Part shown: piece after piece, positions 1-9,468 of the stretch | Numbering within the stretch: position 1 is the first letter of the stretch | How the letters are laid out: every line of letters begins with the position of its first letter | IMG/VR virus record: IMGVR_UViG_3300035698_021037 | Span: 1,903 to 65,902 of that record | DNA length: 64,000 bases | From: a virus | Lineage: Duplodnaviria; Caudoviricetes | Direction: 5' to 3' (one strand) | Translations under genes and position numbers: made by a program | The notes under the pieces: model-generated | The model's database searches: none | What the model was told of the DNA's origin: nothing | The model's input: the letters and a program-made list of their open reading frames with translations, nothing else

Positions 1-3
1 ATA

Positions 4-1089
4 TCATGCCAGTTCAACATTCAATCCAGACTCCTTTGCCTGAGATAGGATAATTCGCCAACTCTCTTTACGCGGAAAATCCGCTGGATCTTTTCCTGTG
101 GGAAAGAGAATACGCGCTTTCCCTTTTCGGAAGTTGCCGAAAGGATCATCCCATGCTTCGGTATTCACGTATTTATCCACGTAAGAGCCATCCTCGTAAA
201 CATCCGGATCGAGCGCAATAATCAGGGAGTCCCAGGCTTCCTGCATCATTATACTCTGGACAGCTGACACGTACTTTCCCAATAGCGCAACGGCTGGAGG
301 CCCAAGACGAATAACCGCAGGAATTCCTTCAACCAAAACGCCATAAGGATATTGTTTAGCCGCATCATACCCATAAAGCCACCACTGAACCGGATACCCG
401 GGCATGGTGTAATACTTAGGAATTTTTTTGTTGGGAGGACTTCCAAGCATTCGCGCCTGCCAGCCAATACACACTCCTTCTCTGTAAATAGGAAAAATAA
501 CCCTATTCTCGACAAGCGACGATCGGTAGTTCGAGCTTTCTGGAGCCTTCCAACAGAAATGAACTGCGTGGTACTTAGAGAGATAATCGATGTTAAAACC
601 ACGGCCTTCCATATACTGAATCGCCGGATGTGAGGCATCCAGTTTATCAATAGGCACACAAGACCCTGGAAGCGTCACAGGCTTAAACTCCACCTTCTCT
701 GCAGCCTTCGGAGGGACCCACAACTTCTTAGTTCTTCGGTAGATGTAGGATTTAAGCTGGTCTTTTAGATCCGTATAGACCTGTCGACAACGCTCGTTGT
801 AACATACCGCTAGCCACCCCCCGAATTCAATCTCTCCGTGTACGCTATCCGTACACGTCGTATTCCATCGATGATTAATGTACAGTCGAAATCGCCTATC
901 TTTACAGAAGGGGCAACAGACAGTGTAGTACTCGCCTCCACCATGCGGCGGGATAACTATTCTATCCTTCCAATTTAGCTTTTTATTGGGAAGTATGTGG
1001 TACCTCATTGGTTGCCCCAGACTTATTACATGCACCTCCCCAAAACGTTTCACCAAGGAGGCGTAGAGTCCGGGATTGAGAATTCCCAT
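4..1089 (-). CDS. DnaG-like DNA primase (Zn-binding domain + Toprim)
   Basis: CCPFC...CYNERC Zn ligands; FPI...GWQAR...PKY; Toprim VEG and DPD; C-terminal GKDPAD; directly downstream of the helicase gene. Confidence 0.85.
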   Translation of the reverse strand: MGILNPGLYASLVKRFGEVHVISLGQPMRYHILPNKKLNWKDRIVIPPHGGGEYYTVCCPFCKDRRFRLYINHRWNTTCTDSVHGEIEFGGWLAVCYNERCRQVYTDLKDQLKSYIYRRTKKLWVPPKAAEKVEFKPVTLPGSCVPIDKLDASHPAIQYMEGRGFNIDYLSKYHAVHFCWKAPESSNYRSSLVENRVIFPIYREGVCIGWQARMLGSPPNKKIPKYYTMPGYPVQWWLYGYDAAKQYPYGVLVEGIPAVIRLGPPAVALLGKYVSAVQSIMMQEAWDSLIIALDPDVYEDGSYVDKYVNTEAWDDPFGNFRKGKARILFPTGKDPADFPRKESWRIILSQAKESGLNVELA

Positions 1090-2564
1090 CAGACACCTCC
1101 ATCAGGATCATCCACTCCAGACGTCGCATAGTCATCGAGATCTGAGGGTACTACTCCTTTATCCTCAACGCGTGTCACGTAACCGCTACGCTCATCACGT
1201 TCGCATTCCAAATGTCTGTCAACAAACCTGCTAAACTTTCCTTGTAGTTCAATGAATCTATGATCAGCGCGCTGATTCCTAGTCTTAGACGCCGTAATGG
1301 TCGTCAAAGGAAACTCCGCTGTATTCGAAAGATCGATTGGGGATAGCGCAAAACAGGTGCTCACCAGCCACGCAAAGTTCTTAGCCTCTGCTGCATTGGT
1401 CCAGTGCATCATCTTCCCTGATTTCGACTTTGCTCCAGGAGTATCAACCTGGTGCGTAATCCATATGTTGATACCGTAAGCGCTCGCAATCTGACAGAAA
1501 CGATCGACCACTACAGTAACAAGCGCTCTAGCCTCTTCAATCTTTCGATTCTGCGCAATAACCCATCTGAGCATCATCGGCCAAAGCCAGTCAACGATCA
1601 CCAACTCAGGAAGCACGCCTTCTTTACTCATCGTCTCAACGATACCTTCTATCTCATCAGGACCTCCATTTCCCGCATGACTACCGCCTTCCGTTCTGCC
1701 ACTCATGTCAATCACGTGGATGTAATCTCCACAGACATTCTGACAAACTTTTAACCGTTTAATGATCGCTGGATCAATCTTATCCCTTGTTTTTTCAAAC
1801 TCTTTGATATCCGCGTGAGTTGTACAGGCATAAATACGATCATTGATATCTCCTTCGGCGGGAGACTCATACGTCAGAAATAACGCGTGCCGTTGCTGCA
1901 TACCCATCTTCACTAACATCTGAATACCCAACAACGTTTTACCACCGCTGGAGGGACCAAGTAATCCATATACCGCGCCGGGCTTCATTCCTCCACCAAG
2001 CAAAATATCGATAAAGTCGACACCACAAGGCCTTCTTGGAGATAGCCCAAACTTCTCACTTCCCGGCTTCATAGGAGACAGTATCTCCGCGCGCTGCACT
2101 CTTGTTGAAGAATAGCTCTTGGTCATAGCTGCAATAAGCGAAGGCACTTCAACGCCCGAAGCTATACCTTGTCGAACTTCATCAAGTACACGACGCTCGT
2201 CGAGAAACGTTTGCAACAGATCTTTTCCGTACGCCGGCGAAAATTTATTAGGCTGGGCGAAACAGTTTTCGACCATAATGTGAAGACTATCCACTAGACC
2301 CGGCATTTGATACTCCGGCTCTAGCTGCGCCCGTTTATCCACTTCGGCGTGAATATACTGAGGAACAATTAGCTCAGACTGTCCTTTGCTAATAAAATCC
2401 TGCATAATCGCCCATAGAATACGGTAATGATATTCGTTGGGCCTATTAAAGTCGTCGGGCGAAATACGGCCCACCGCCTCCGTTTGAACCTCCTTGCAAC
2501 GAAGCAAATGCATAACCAGCAAAAGAACGCTACTCGAAGGCATCTCTTGGAGTAAGTCACTCAT
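1089..2564 (-). CDS. DnaB-like (SF4/RecA-fold) replicative helicase
   Basis: GGMKPG, Walker A GPSSGGKT, FLTYE, Walker B LVIVDW, THQ and KTRN motifs; coupled to primase. Confidence 0.85.
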   Translation of the reverse strand: MSDLLQEMPSSSVLLLVMHLLRCKEVQTEAVGRISPDDFNRPNEYHYRILWAIMQDFISKGQSELIVPQYIHAEVDKRAQLEPEYQMPGLVDSLHIMVENCFAQPNKFSPAYGKDLLQTFLDERRVLDEVRQGIASGVEVPSLIAAMTKSYSSTRVQRAEILSPMKPGSEKFGLSPRRPCGVDFIDILLGGGMKPGAVYGLLGPSSGGKTLLGIQMLVKMGMQQRHALFLTYESPAEGDINDRIYACTTHADIKEFEKTRDKIDPAIIKRLKVCQNVCGDYIHVIDMSGRTEGGSHAGNGGPDEIEGIVETMSKEGVLPELVIVDWLWPMMLRWVIAQNRKIEEARALVTVVVDRFCQIASAYGINIWITHQVDTPGAKSKSGKMMHWTNAAEAKNFAWLVSTCFALSPIDLSNTAEFPLTTITASKTRNQRADHRFIELQGKFSRFVDRHLECERDERSGYVTRVEDKGVVPSDLDDYATSGVDDPDGGV

Positions 2565-3097
2565 TAACGCCCTCCCTCGTATTCTCGAAGCGCTATGCTA
2601 TAGTCTGGCTCCCGATCTAAAATCCTCTTGGCCTGTTCCTCATATACAGCTAAAACGGCGGGCAAGTTTTCCGAACGTCCCAACCAGTAACGAAGCACCA
2701 CAGGCACACGTAAGGTGTCATCAAGAAGCGTCTCTTCAAGCGACCTACCCATTTTCAACTCAATCGCTATAACTTGAGCTCCAGAACTAAGAAAGATGCG
2801 CCTCTCCATTTTCTCGGAGCCAGCCTTGTTATCAAAAGCTCGCCAAGCTGTACCAGATAAAAACTGATTTGGCCACAACTGACCGCTTCGATTACCGTAC
2901 ATACGGTGCATAAACCGAATGTAAGCATATGGGCTTTCGCCTGCATCAAGCAATCGGCCAGCCAACAGAAATAAAGACGAGTCACGCTTGTTGCTCATAC
3001 GACGAGCCTTTGGATTCCAAAGCTGCATTAACTCAACATACGCATCTTTTATTTCATCAACGATCTGCCAGATTTTTGTTTCTCGATCGTCACTCAT
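2564..3097 (-). CDS. hypothetical protein in replication operon
   Basis: 177 aa ORF overlapping both neighbours by 1-4 nt; no motif recognised. Confidence 0.6.
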   Translation of the reverse strand: MSDDRETKIWQIVDEIKDAYVELMQLWNPKARRMSNKRDSSLFLLAGRLLDAGESPYAYIRFMHRMYGNRSGQLWPNQFLSGTAWRAFDNKAGSEKMERRIFLSSGAQVIAIELKMGRSLEETLLDDTLRVPVVLRYWLGRSENLPAVLAVYEEQAKRILDREPDYSIALREYEGGR

Positions 3098-4575
3098 GTC
3101 GCCCTCTGTTGCAAGTACGCGTGTTCTTCATTCTTGAGTATCACCCAACCTCGTTTTTTGTAAGAGCGAATCCTAGCCAACGCGCGAGTACGAAAGTACC
3201 TATCGAATTCGTCTCCAAAATCCTCTAGAATTCCACCATTCTTTCCGTCTGAAATTCTAGACAGCCTACCAGGAATCTGGATATTACCGATCTCTCCCAT
3301 CCCTGCGTCCGCTCGAATCAAAACTTCAAGCCCGGTGAAATCTACACCTTGATTCCAGATTGGAGTAGCGATCGCTTTAAGCAAACTCCTCGCCTCAAAC
3401 ATCTCTTGTATTTGACGTAACTCATCTGAGGTCAACATCTGGTAATCTCGCGTCAATAATCCTCTATTCAACAGAGTCTTTTTCGCCTTTTCTCCCATGG
3501 TAGAATAGCAGGCCTGAAACTCAGGAAGCAGAGCTTTCAACGCAAACGCGTGTTGTACTGTCTGCACCATAATAAGTACCTGCGTATTTCCGTCATAACG
3601 TCTTGCCGCTTCCGCGATACACCGATTACGCACCTCGTTATACCACGCCCCATTCCTTAATCTTCCAACACGGGTCTTCTTGTCAATAGCATCGCCCGGC
3701 ACAGGATTGACGCGTACGTAGATTTGAGAAATGAGACCTAGCTTCAATGCTTCCTGATAAGGAAGATTATATATGACAGGACCAAATAAAGCCTCAATCA
3801 CGGGCTCGGCAAGATCAGAACGACCCGATGGCGAAGCGGTAAAACCAAACATCCTAGCATTACGAAATTTACCCAACATCTTTGCTGTCTGTTCGGCGGC
3901 GGCGCCATGGACTTCATCAAACAAAAGAAGACGGCAGTTCTCTACGTCTGTCTTCAGCAATGAACGTGTCGTCGTCACCGTAACCCTTCGAGGATTATTT
4001 TTACCTCCACCCACAATTCCTATCTGGGACTCTGGAAGAAATTGATGAAGCTGACGATAATGACTGTTTAGAATCGACACGCTAGGTACACACAATACAA
4101 TCTTCACGTCTTGATAAATCGCGCACACTAAACGCATAAGGTAGGACTTACCGTAAGCTGTAGGAGCTACGATCTGGCCGTGATCGTGTGAAATAATCGC
4201 CGCGATCGCCTTGTCCTGCCCGGGACGCAACGTAGTGAGCCTCGATAGATCATATTTTAACTGCGGGGAACTTCGAAGATCTTCAATACGATAAGAATAA
4301 TTAAATCGACGTAGAAGATCACAAACTCTTTCCGTTAACCCGGCTGGACATACTAAGGATCCAGAAGCGTCAAGAGTATAGAGAGCCCGCTGCTCCATCC
4401 TTTGCTTCTTAACCTCTTCCTTCTCTTCCTTCTCTTCCTCCAATTCTTCGGATTTAGTAAACCGCTTCTGATAATCAAAGTCCTGTCGCAAATGTGTATA
4501 CTGCAACTCCGGGCCCAAAAGCATCTCAAGATTTGGTGTGACTTGAATCAGGTTCCCCTGCCTGCGTATCAACAC
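3094..4575 (-). CDS. superfamily 2 DExH helicase (UvsW/XPB-like)
   Basis: LRPGQ Q-motif, PTAYGKS, DEVH, TASP, QGVD, QIPGRLSR. Start placed at the in-frame GTG at 4575 after GGGG to reduce overlap; the ORF track starts at 4713. Confidence 0.85.
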   Translation of the reverse strand: MLIRRQGNLIQVTPNLEMLLGPELQYTHLRQDFDYQKRFTKSEELEEEKEEKEEVKKQRMEQRALYTLDASGSLVCPAGLTERVCDLLRRFNYSYRIEDLRSSPQLKYDLSRLTTLRPGQDKAIAAIISHDHGQIVAPTAYGKSYLMRLVCAIYQDVKIVLCVPSVSILNSHYRQLHQFLPESQIGIVGGGKNNPRRVTVTTTRSLLKTDVENCRLLLFDEVHGAAAEQTAKMLGKFRNARMFGFTASPSGRSDLAEPVIEALFGPVIYNLPYQEALKLGLISQIYVRVNPVPGDAIDKKTRVGRLRNGAWYNEVRNRCIAEAARRYDGNTQVLIMVQTVQHAFALKALLPEFQACYSTMGEKAKKTLLNRGLLTRDYQMLTSDELRQIQEMFEARSLLKAIATPIWNQGVDFTGLEVLIRADAGMGEIGNIQIPGRLSRISDGKNGGILEDFGDEFDRYFRTRALARIRSYKKRGWVILKNEEHAYLQQRAT

Positions 4576-5041
4576 TACTACGTTTTCCCCAGTTTCTGGG
4601 CCTGACTTCAACAACACGGAATCTTCCATAATCTTCTCTCCATCCGTACGGGGAAATACCCAAGTACTTACCGCCGATGGACAATATCTCTGAGAAATCC
4701 TCGATACTAACACTTGCAGGTAGCATAAAATTAACGGCTACTACCGCGCCAGTTACAAACGCCTCATGCGCCTGCGTACCGAAATACCCTCGGTTTCTAA
4801 AATGACGTGTAAAAGCGTGCACAGGCCCATCGATAACTGATTCCGCCTGAATATTCTTAACGCCGTCCTGGCACCTAGCTAGCGCTCTTGCCCCGTAATC
4901 CAGAATACCACGCCACCATGTTTGCATAAAAACGACCTGCCCTTGGGAGTCTCGTGGCATAAGTACTGTATTCTTTTTTGGCTTTCTCACATTACCCAGA
5001 CAAGGAGTAATGAATTCCAATTTAGCTACAACCTCGATCAT
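4526..5041 (-). CDS. solo RAMP-superfamily (Cas7/Csm3-like) protein
   Basis: N-terminal LEFITPCLG; RDSQGQVVF..WWRGIL (cf. RD..G.P.IPGSS.KG.LR); HEAFVTGAVVAVNF; C-terminal Gly-rich loop GGKYLGISPYGWREDYGRFRV. Confidence 0.7.
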   Translation of the reverse strand: MIEVVAKLEFITPCLGNVRKPKKNTVLMPRDSQGQVVFMQTWWRGILDYGARALARCQDGVKNIQAESVIDGPVHAFTRHFRNRGYFGTQAHEAFVTGAVVAVNFMLPASVSIEDFSEILSIGGKYLGISPYGWREDYGRFRVVEVRPRNWGKRSSVDTQAGEPDSSHTKS

Positions 5042-5085
5042 ATCCTAGCTCCAACTCGTTCTGTGTCGCCCTTAGGAATTCCTGT

Positions 5086-5114
5086 AAATTAGCAAGTTAT
5101 TTGTCAGTTGTCAA
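5086..5114 (-). promoter_or_regulatory. sigma70-type promoter for the RAMP-helicase-primase operon
   Basis: TTGACA-N17-TAATTT with an extended TG, about 45 nt upstream of the ATG at 5041. Confidence 0.75.
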
Positions 5115-5160
5115 ACAGAAATACCCGTTGTATTGGTAATTTTTCAAAGAACTACAAGAT

Positions 5161-5194
5161 AAGGGGTAGAGGATAATTTGATCCCCTACCCCTT
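5161..5194 (-). terminator. intrinsic terminator-like hairpin after sbcC
   Basis: Minus strand AAGGGGTAGGGGAT-caaatt-ATCCTCTACCCCTT (one G-U pair), just after the sbcC stop codon. Confidence 0.7.
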
Positions 5195-5199
5195 GTGTT

Positions 5200-7317
5200 T
5201 TATCCAAGAACGATTGCGTTGTCGCACGTCGAACGAAGCGCGTCCTCATGCGTATTCACCAGCACCTGCCACGCACCGGACGAGGCAAGCTTTCTTGTGC
5301 TATTCAAAACATTAACCACATGCTCGATGTTTCCTTCGTCTAACCAAGTCGTCGGTTCATCAAGCACTAACAGTCCGAGCTTCGAAGCAAACAGATCGTT
5401 CACAGCAAACCGAAACGCAATAGCCAACACCACTCGTTGACCACCAGAGAGTCTCGCCGCACGTGGTCTCCATCCTCCCGGGAAATCACAAACGAAAGAC
5501 AAATCAGACTGAAGCGCACAAGTGAAAGGTGACTCAAAAAGCTGAAGATACTTGAAGAGCCTAATGTTGATAGCGTCCCGAAATGACTGCGCTACTATGT
5601 TGGGTAAGTTATCTCGATGAAACACAACACGAGATCTCGTAAGCAACTCGTGATACGTGCGTCTGGATTTTGACTCGAGATCCTTTTTACGCATGTCCTC
5701 CAGCTTCTCAGACAGCGAAACTTTCTGTCGGGTAGCTTCGTCTATCTTACCCTGGGACTCACCTATAACGCGACGCAGGCCGTCTGCACGCATAAGCGAC
5801 TCTCGAATACTCTCATACTCCTCGACGGATAAGAGCTGCTGACGAAGATTATTGCTATGCTTTTCCTTTTCCTCCAACAAAACAATTGTTGTCTTCAATG
5901 AGGCGGCGCGATCACGAGCTCTTTCCATATGGTTACGCTGTTGAGTAAACTGCGCGTCGAGACTCTGATACTCCTGCAAAGACTTTGTAATCACAGCCAG
6001 CTGCTGATCTGACACAGGCTCTACCTCTCCAATTTCAGAGAGACGATTACGCACTTCAGTACATCTGGCCATGTAGTTGCGAGACCATTCAGAGTACTCC
6101 GCCGCTCTTTGGTCGTAACTTTTCCACTCCGTCTCTAAAGCGTTCAATTTTGACGCGTAAAGTTGAGAGGACTTTTCAGCGCGCGCCTTATCAGCTTCAG
6201 CGTCGGTTATACGCTTTGGAGCATTCTTCACTTCCGATTGACAAAAAGCGCAATGGCCGTCACTCCGAATCGCGTCAATAAACCTGCAGCTAATTTCCCA
6301 TTCAGTAGTCAGATCCTGAAGCTGCTTCCTAACGTTGTCGATCTCATCGCGAGAGATTGTAGGCGGCACAGGGGACTCCCTACGAGACTGGGATAACAGC
6401 TTAGCCTCCGCAACACACCGCTCTAGCTCCTGCCGCTTCTGACGAAGATCAATAAGCTCTTTATACCTCAGTTGCAATTGAGGTAAATCCTTGGCGATAG
6501 TATCTCGACGAATCTCAGCAGCGGTTGCAAAACCTATCGCGTCTTTGACAAGCGCCGCTGCACGAACATAGCCATCACGCGTCTCACGCAGATCGGACTC
6601 TAAAGTTGTGAAAGTCTTCAGCTCCATATCAGCGTTGCTGTGCGACGCCATGTCTTCTCTCATGGCTGTTTCGTCAATACTTAGTATATCAGTCTCGGCA
6701 TTCCTCCTCGTTTCGATAGCAGCATCAAGAGCTACAGAGATAACCTCTTTAAGCTCCTTCTCAATTTCATCGATACGATCCTCGTAAGAAACAAGCTGTA
6801 TACGAGAAAGTTCTCCATGAAGCGCTTCTCGAATCTCCTCAAGTCGATACGTTCCAAACAACCGTTGAAAGGCAACGTTTCTCTCGGAGGGGCGTTCAAA
6901 GATAACCGAATCAAGCTTCTCCTGATGTACAAAGATGGTGCGACCAAGAAGGTCTGGAGTCACACCAAGAATTGGCCACAGGTTTTCGTTGACATCACGA
7001 GCGCTTCCAAATCTTTGAGATCCTATCTTAAGCGAGCATGAAGACGTCTTAAGCTGTCGACGAATACACCCGACCTCGCCGTTAACCTCGAACTCAACCT
7101 CAACAAAACCCCTGTCAGCGCCGTGCCGGATGTCGTCCAGCTTAACTCCGTCATTAGGACTTTCCCCGGTAAAGGCAAAGTAGATACCGCGTAACAGGTT
7201 AGACTTTCCAGACCCGTTTGGCCCAAAGATACCATTTACTCCGGGTGTGAAAGCTACGGTCAAGTCCTCATGCTGACAGAAATTATGCAACGTAGCTGTC
7301 AACAATTTCATAAACAA
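5200..7317 (-). CDS. sbcC: SbcC/Rad50-like SMC ATPase (gp46-like)
   Basis: GPNGSGKS, coiled coil with central CAFC zinc hook, LSGGQ signature, LDEPT Walker B, TH loop. Confidence 0.92.
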   Translation of the reverse strand: MFMKLLTATLHNFCQHEDLTVAFTPGVNGIFGPNGSGKSNLLRGIYFAFTGESPNDGVKLDDIRHGADRGFVEVEFEVNGEVGCIRRQLKTSSCSLKIGSQRFGSARDVNENLWPILGVTPDLLGRTIFVHQEKLDSVIFERPSERNVAFQRLFGTYRLEEIREALHGELSRIQLVSYEDRIDEIEKELKEVISVALDAAIETRRNAETDILSIDETAMREDMASHSNADMELKTFTTLESDLRETRDGYVRAAALVKDAIGFATAAEIRRDTIAKDLPQLQLRYKELIDLRQKRQELERCVAEAKLLSQSRRESPVPPTISRDEIDNVRKQLQDLTTEWEISCRFIDAIRSDGHCAFCQSEVKNAPKRITDAEADKARAEKSSQLYASKLNALETEWKSYDQRAAEYSEWSRNYMARCTEVRNRLSEIGEVEPVSDQQLAVITKSLQEYQSLDAQFTQQRNHMERARDRAASLKTTIVLLEEKEKHSNNLRQQLLSVEEYESIRESLMRADGLRRVIGESQGKIDEATRQKVSLSEKLEDMRKKDLESKSRRTYHELLTRSRVVFHRDNLPNIVAQSFRDAINIRLFKYLQLFESPFTCALQSDLSFVCDFPGGWRPRAARLSGGQRVVLAIAFRFAVNDLFASKLGLLVLDEPTTWLDEGNIEHVVNVLNSTRKLASSGAWQVLVNTHEDALRSTCDNAIVLG

Positions 7318-7369
7318 ATCTCCTCATTCTGGATCTTTACAAGCTAAAAGGATAGACTTAGCATCTTCC

Positions 7370-8569
7370 TCACTTTTCCTGCAACATCGCGATCAACTTA
7401 GCGAGAACTTCCGTTATGGTCTCGCGCACACCAACAGAATTACCCTTATAGCCAAAAGACAGGATACACCCATAAACAGAACCTTCTGGGTAGTTTGGCG
7501 CGGCAGGATGCAGCACGTTCACGTTATCCAAATTGACCAGTATCTCGTTATTGTGCGCATCAGTAAGTGTTACTAAATTTGGTACGCCGTGTCCCCTATA
7601 CGCCCGCAGGATCTCGCGCGCCGAAATTGGCCAAGTCTCAGCCTTTGGAGTCTCGGGTGTTACAGGCGCCGGCTTCTCAACCTGGGAGTGTGAATCGTAG
7701 GTCTTCGGAATCACGATAGGCGGCCGTTTGTCGCTCTCTGAAAAGAAATGTACGTGATCTTTCTTAGGCGTCTCTGGCGCCGCAGGGTCCGTATTCTGGA
7801 TCACGGTCTTTGTTGGTACAGAAACAGCCGATGAGGTGACGATATTAGGGGGCTCGGGCCGGCGGTGCGACCTAACGTTTTGGGTAAACATGGTTTGTTC
7901 AAGAAGCTTCACTTCCAGAATAACACCATGTTCTCTGAGCTCCTCGAAAGACTTCACAATGCTAAACCTTCCGAGTCCGCCAATAACTCCCATCCCGTGG
8001 TTACGTCCAAGACAAGAACAGTCGGAGTAATCAGTAAGGGAATTCAAACAAGTGGGAGAGCACTTTATCTGCAAACGCTTGGGCTGAATAACGTAGATAC
8101 GATTGAAACGGCGCAAAGTACGCTGCGTGATAAAATAGAACCAGGCACGAGAAAGTTTCCAATAATTCTCGACTTTCAGCCACTCAGCCGACGGACAGTT
8201 GAAACGCTTGAGCCACTTTCTTTCAGACTCAAGACTAGCCTCAGTCTTTTTACCCGGCAGCCTCAGCAGCAAATCGCTATGCTTCGGCGCATAAACAACT
8301 GGTAAGGCGCAATCTCCGCTCCAGATGTTGTTCACACAATCCATCGGCAGGCTTACAGCAGGCTTGGTTGCCGAATAACGATCGGACTTCACTACGTCTG
8401 CAGCGGCCCTAAAAGCATAGTTGACCGCGCTGTCGTCTTTCGGTGTGTTCTCGGAACTCATCAAACTTTCTCCTTTGACCAAGTTAACGCTTTTTGGAAC
8501 TGCTCTTCCAAAACGATGTAAGGCAGCTTCAGCTGCTTTTGCTTTCAACGCCGCGTCTTCGTGTGACAT
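7370..8569 (-). CDS. multidomain hypothetical protein (Cys/His motif, Pro-rich linker, FlbD-like C-terminus)
   Basis: CSPTC...CSCLGRNHG motif; C-terminal LVNLDNV...VRETITEVLAKL resembles FlbD-like domains. Confidence 0.5.
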   Translation of the reverse strand: MSHEDAALKAKAAEAALHRFGRAVPKSVNLVKGESLMSSENTPKDDSAVNYAFRAAADVVKSDRYSATKPAVSLPMDCVNNIWSGDCALPVVYAPKHSDLLLRLPGKKTEASLESERKWLKRFNCPSAEWLKVENYWKLSRAWFYFITQRTLRRFNRIYVIQPKRLQIKCSPTCLNSLTDYSDCSCLGRNHGMGVIGGLGRFSIVKSFEELREHGVILEVKLLEQTMFTQNVRSHRRPEPPNIVTSSAVSVPTKTVIQNTDPAAPETPKKDHVHFFSESDKRPPIVIPKTYDSHSQVEKPAPVTPETPKAETWPISAREILRAYRGHGVPNLVTLTDAHNNEILVNLDNVNVLHPAAPNYPEGSVYGCILSFGYKGNSVGVRETITEVLAKLIAMLQEK

Positions 8570-8775
8570 TAGAAATCTCCCAATTTATTTCGGATCTCTT
8601 TAACTGTTCCCAACACGGAGATCATCCACAATCCACTTCTCGCTAACCCGAGCATAAAAATGGAACACGTGCCCGACTCGCGACCGTCACTAATGTATGC
8701 AATATTATCGATGTTGATGTAAGTGTGAGTAGTTTTACCCTCGTACAGAAGTTCCGTCACCTCGAGCATCTTCAT
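8569..8775 (-). CDS. small FlbD-like hypothetical protein
   Basis: YINIDNIAYI...VLGTVKEIRNKL resembles the C-terminus of the adjacent ORF; TAATG-type coupling. Confidence 0.5.
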   Translation of the reverse strand: MKMLEVTELLYEGKTTHTYINIDNIAYISDGRESGTCSIFMLGLARSGLWMISVLGTVKEIRNKLGDF

Positions 8776-8877
8776 GTTTACACCAATATTTTTTCCTCTG
8801 TAGCGCCGTTACTACGTCTCAAAACCCAGAGTCCTGTTTTAATTTACAGGATGGATGAATCTTGATATCGTCAGGCA

Positions 8878-9468
8878 TTATGCCGCTCCCAATCCAAAAC
8901 TACGTCCCTCTACTGAAATCTCACCAGGACAAACGTTTTCAATTATCCAATAGACTGCTTGAGTTGTTCTCCTACTAACGTTATCTGCAAGATTATCGTA
9001 TGTAACCGTATCAAGCGCGTCTTTTAGCCTACCTTTAGCGGCCCAAACTCCGGGAAGATACCATATCTCCCATCGACGGCCATCTTCTCCCGTTCGGCTA
9101 CGGAGGCATTCAAAGCCACAGCTTTCCATAATCTTGGCCTTATTCTGATAAGCATCACTCTTCTTACCCGTCGAAGACCCGATTAAGTGTTGTACGTAAA
9201 TAGGCGAAAAATTTTTACATCTATCTCCACATCGAAGATAAGTATTCCCAGAGAAATATGGAAATAGATCAGGGTCTGGCGTCGAGATAGGAAGAGGTTC
9301 ATAGTAAGGTACTTTTCGCATCCCTCCATTTCCGTCGCTACATACCCAGCTCTCGCCAAGCAAACAAGCTTCAATTGCAGTCATATCAAACTTCGTGAGC
9401 TCTGAAATCGTCATGCTACAGTTGTTGCGGCTAGAATCCTTACCATAAGTTCGTGTGACAATTCTCAT
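8878..9468 (-). CDS. hypothetical protein
   Basis: 196 aa ORF with a 4-nt overlap with sbcD. Confidence 0.55.
   Translation of the reverse strand: MRIVTRTYGKDSSRNNCSMTISELTKFDMTAIEACLLGESWVCSDGNGGMRKVPYYEPLPISTPDPDLFPYFSGNTYLRCGDRCKNFSPIYVQHLIGSSTGKKSDAYQNKAKIMESCGFECLRSRTGEDGRRWEIWYLPGVWAAKGRLKDALDTVTYDNLADNVSRRTTQAVYWIIENVCPGEISVEGRSFGLGAA

Noticed and set aside
5042-5199. Guide-RNA or mini-array upstream of the RAMP gene
   Set aside because: Only a terminator-like hairpin, a promoter and a short leader are visible; no direct or short-period repeats.
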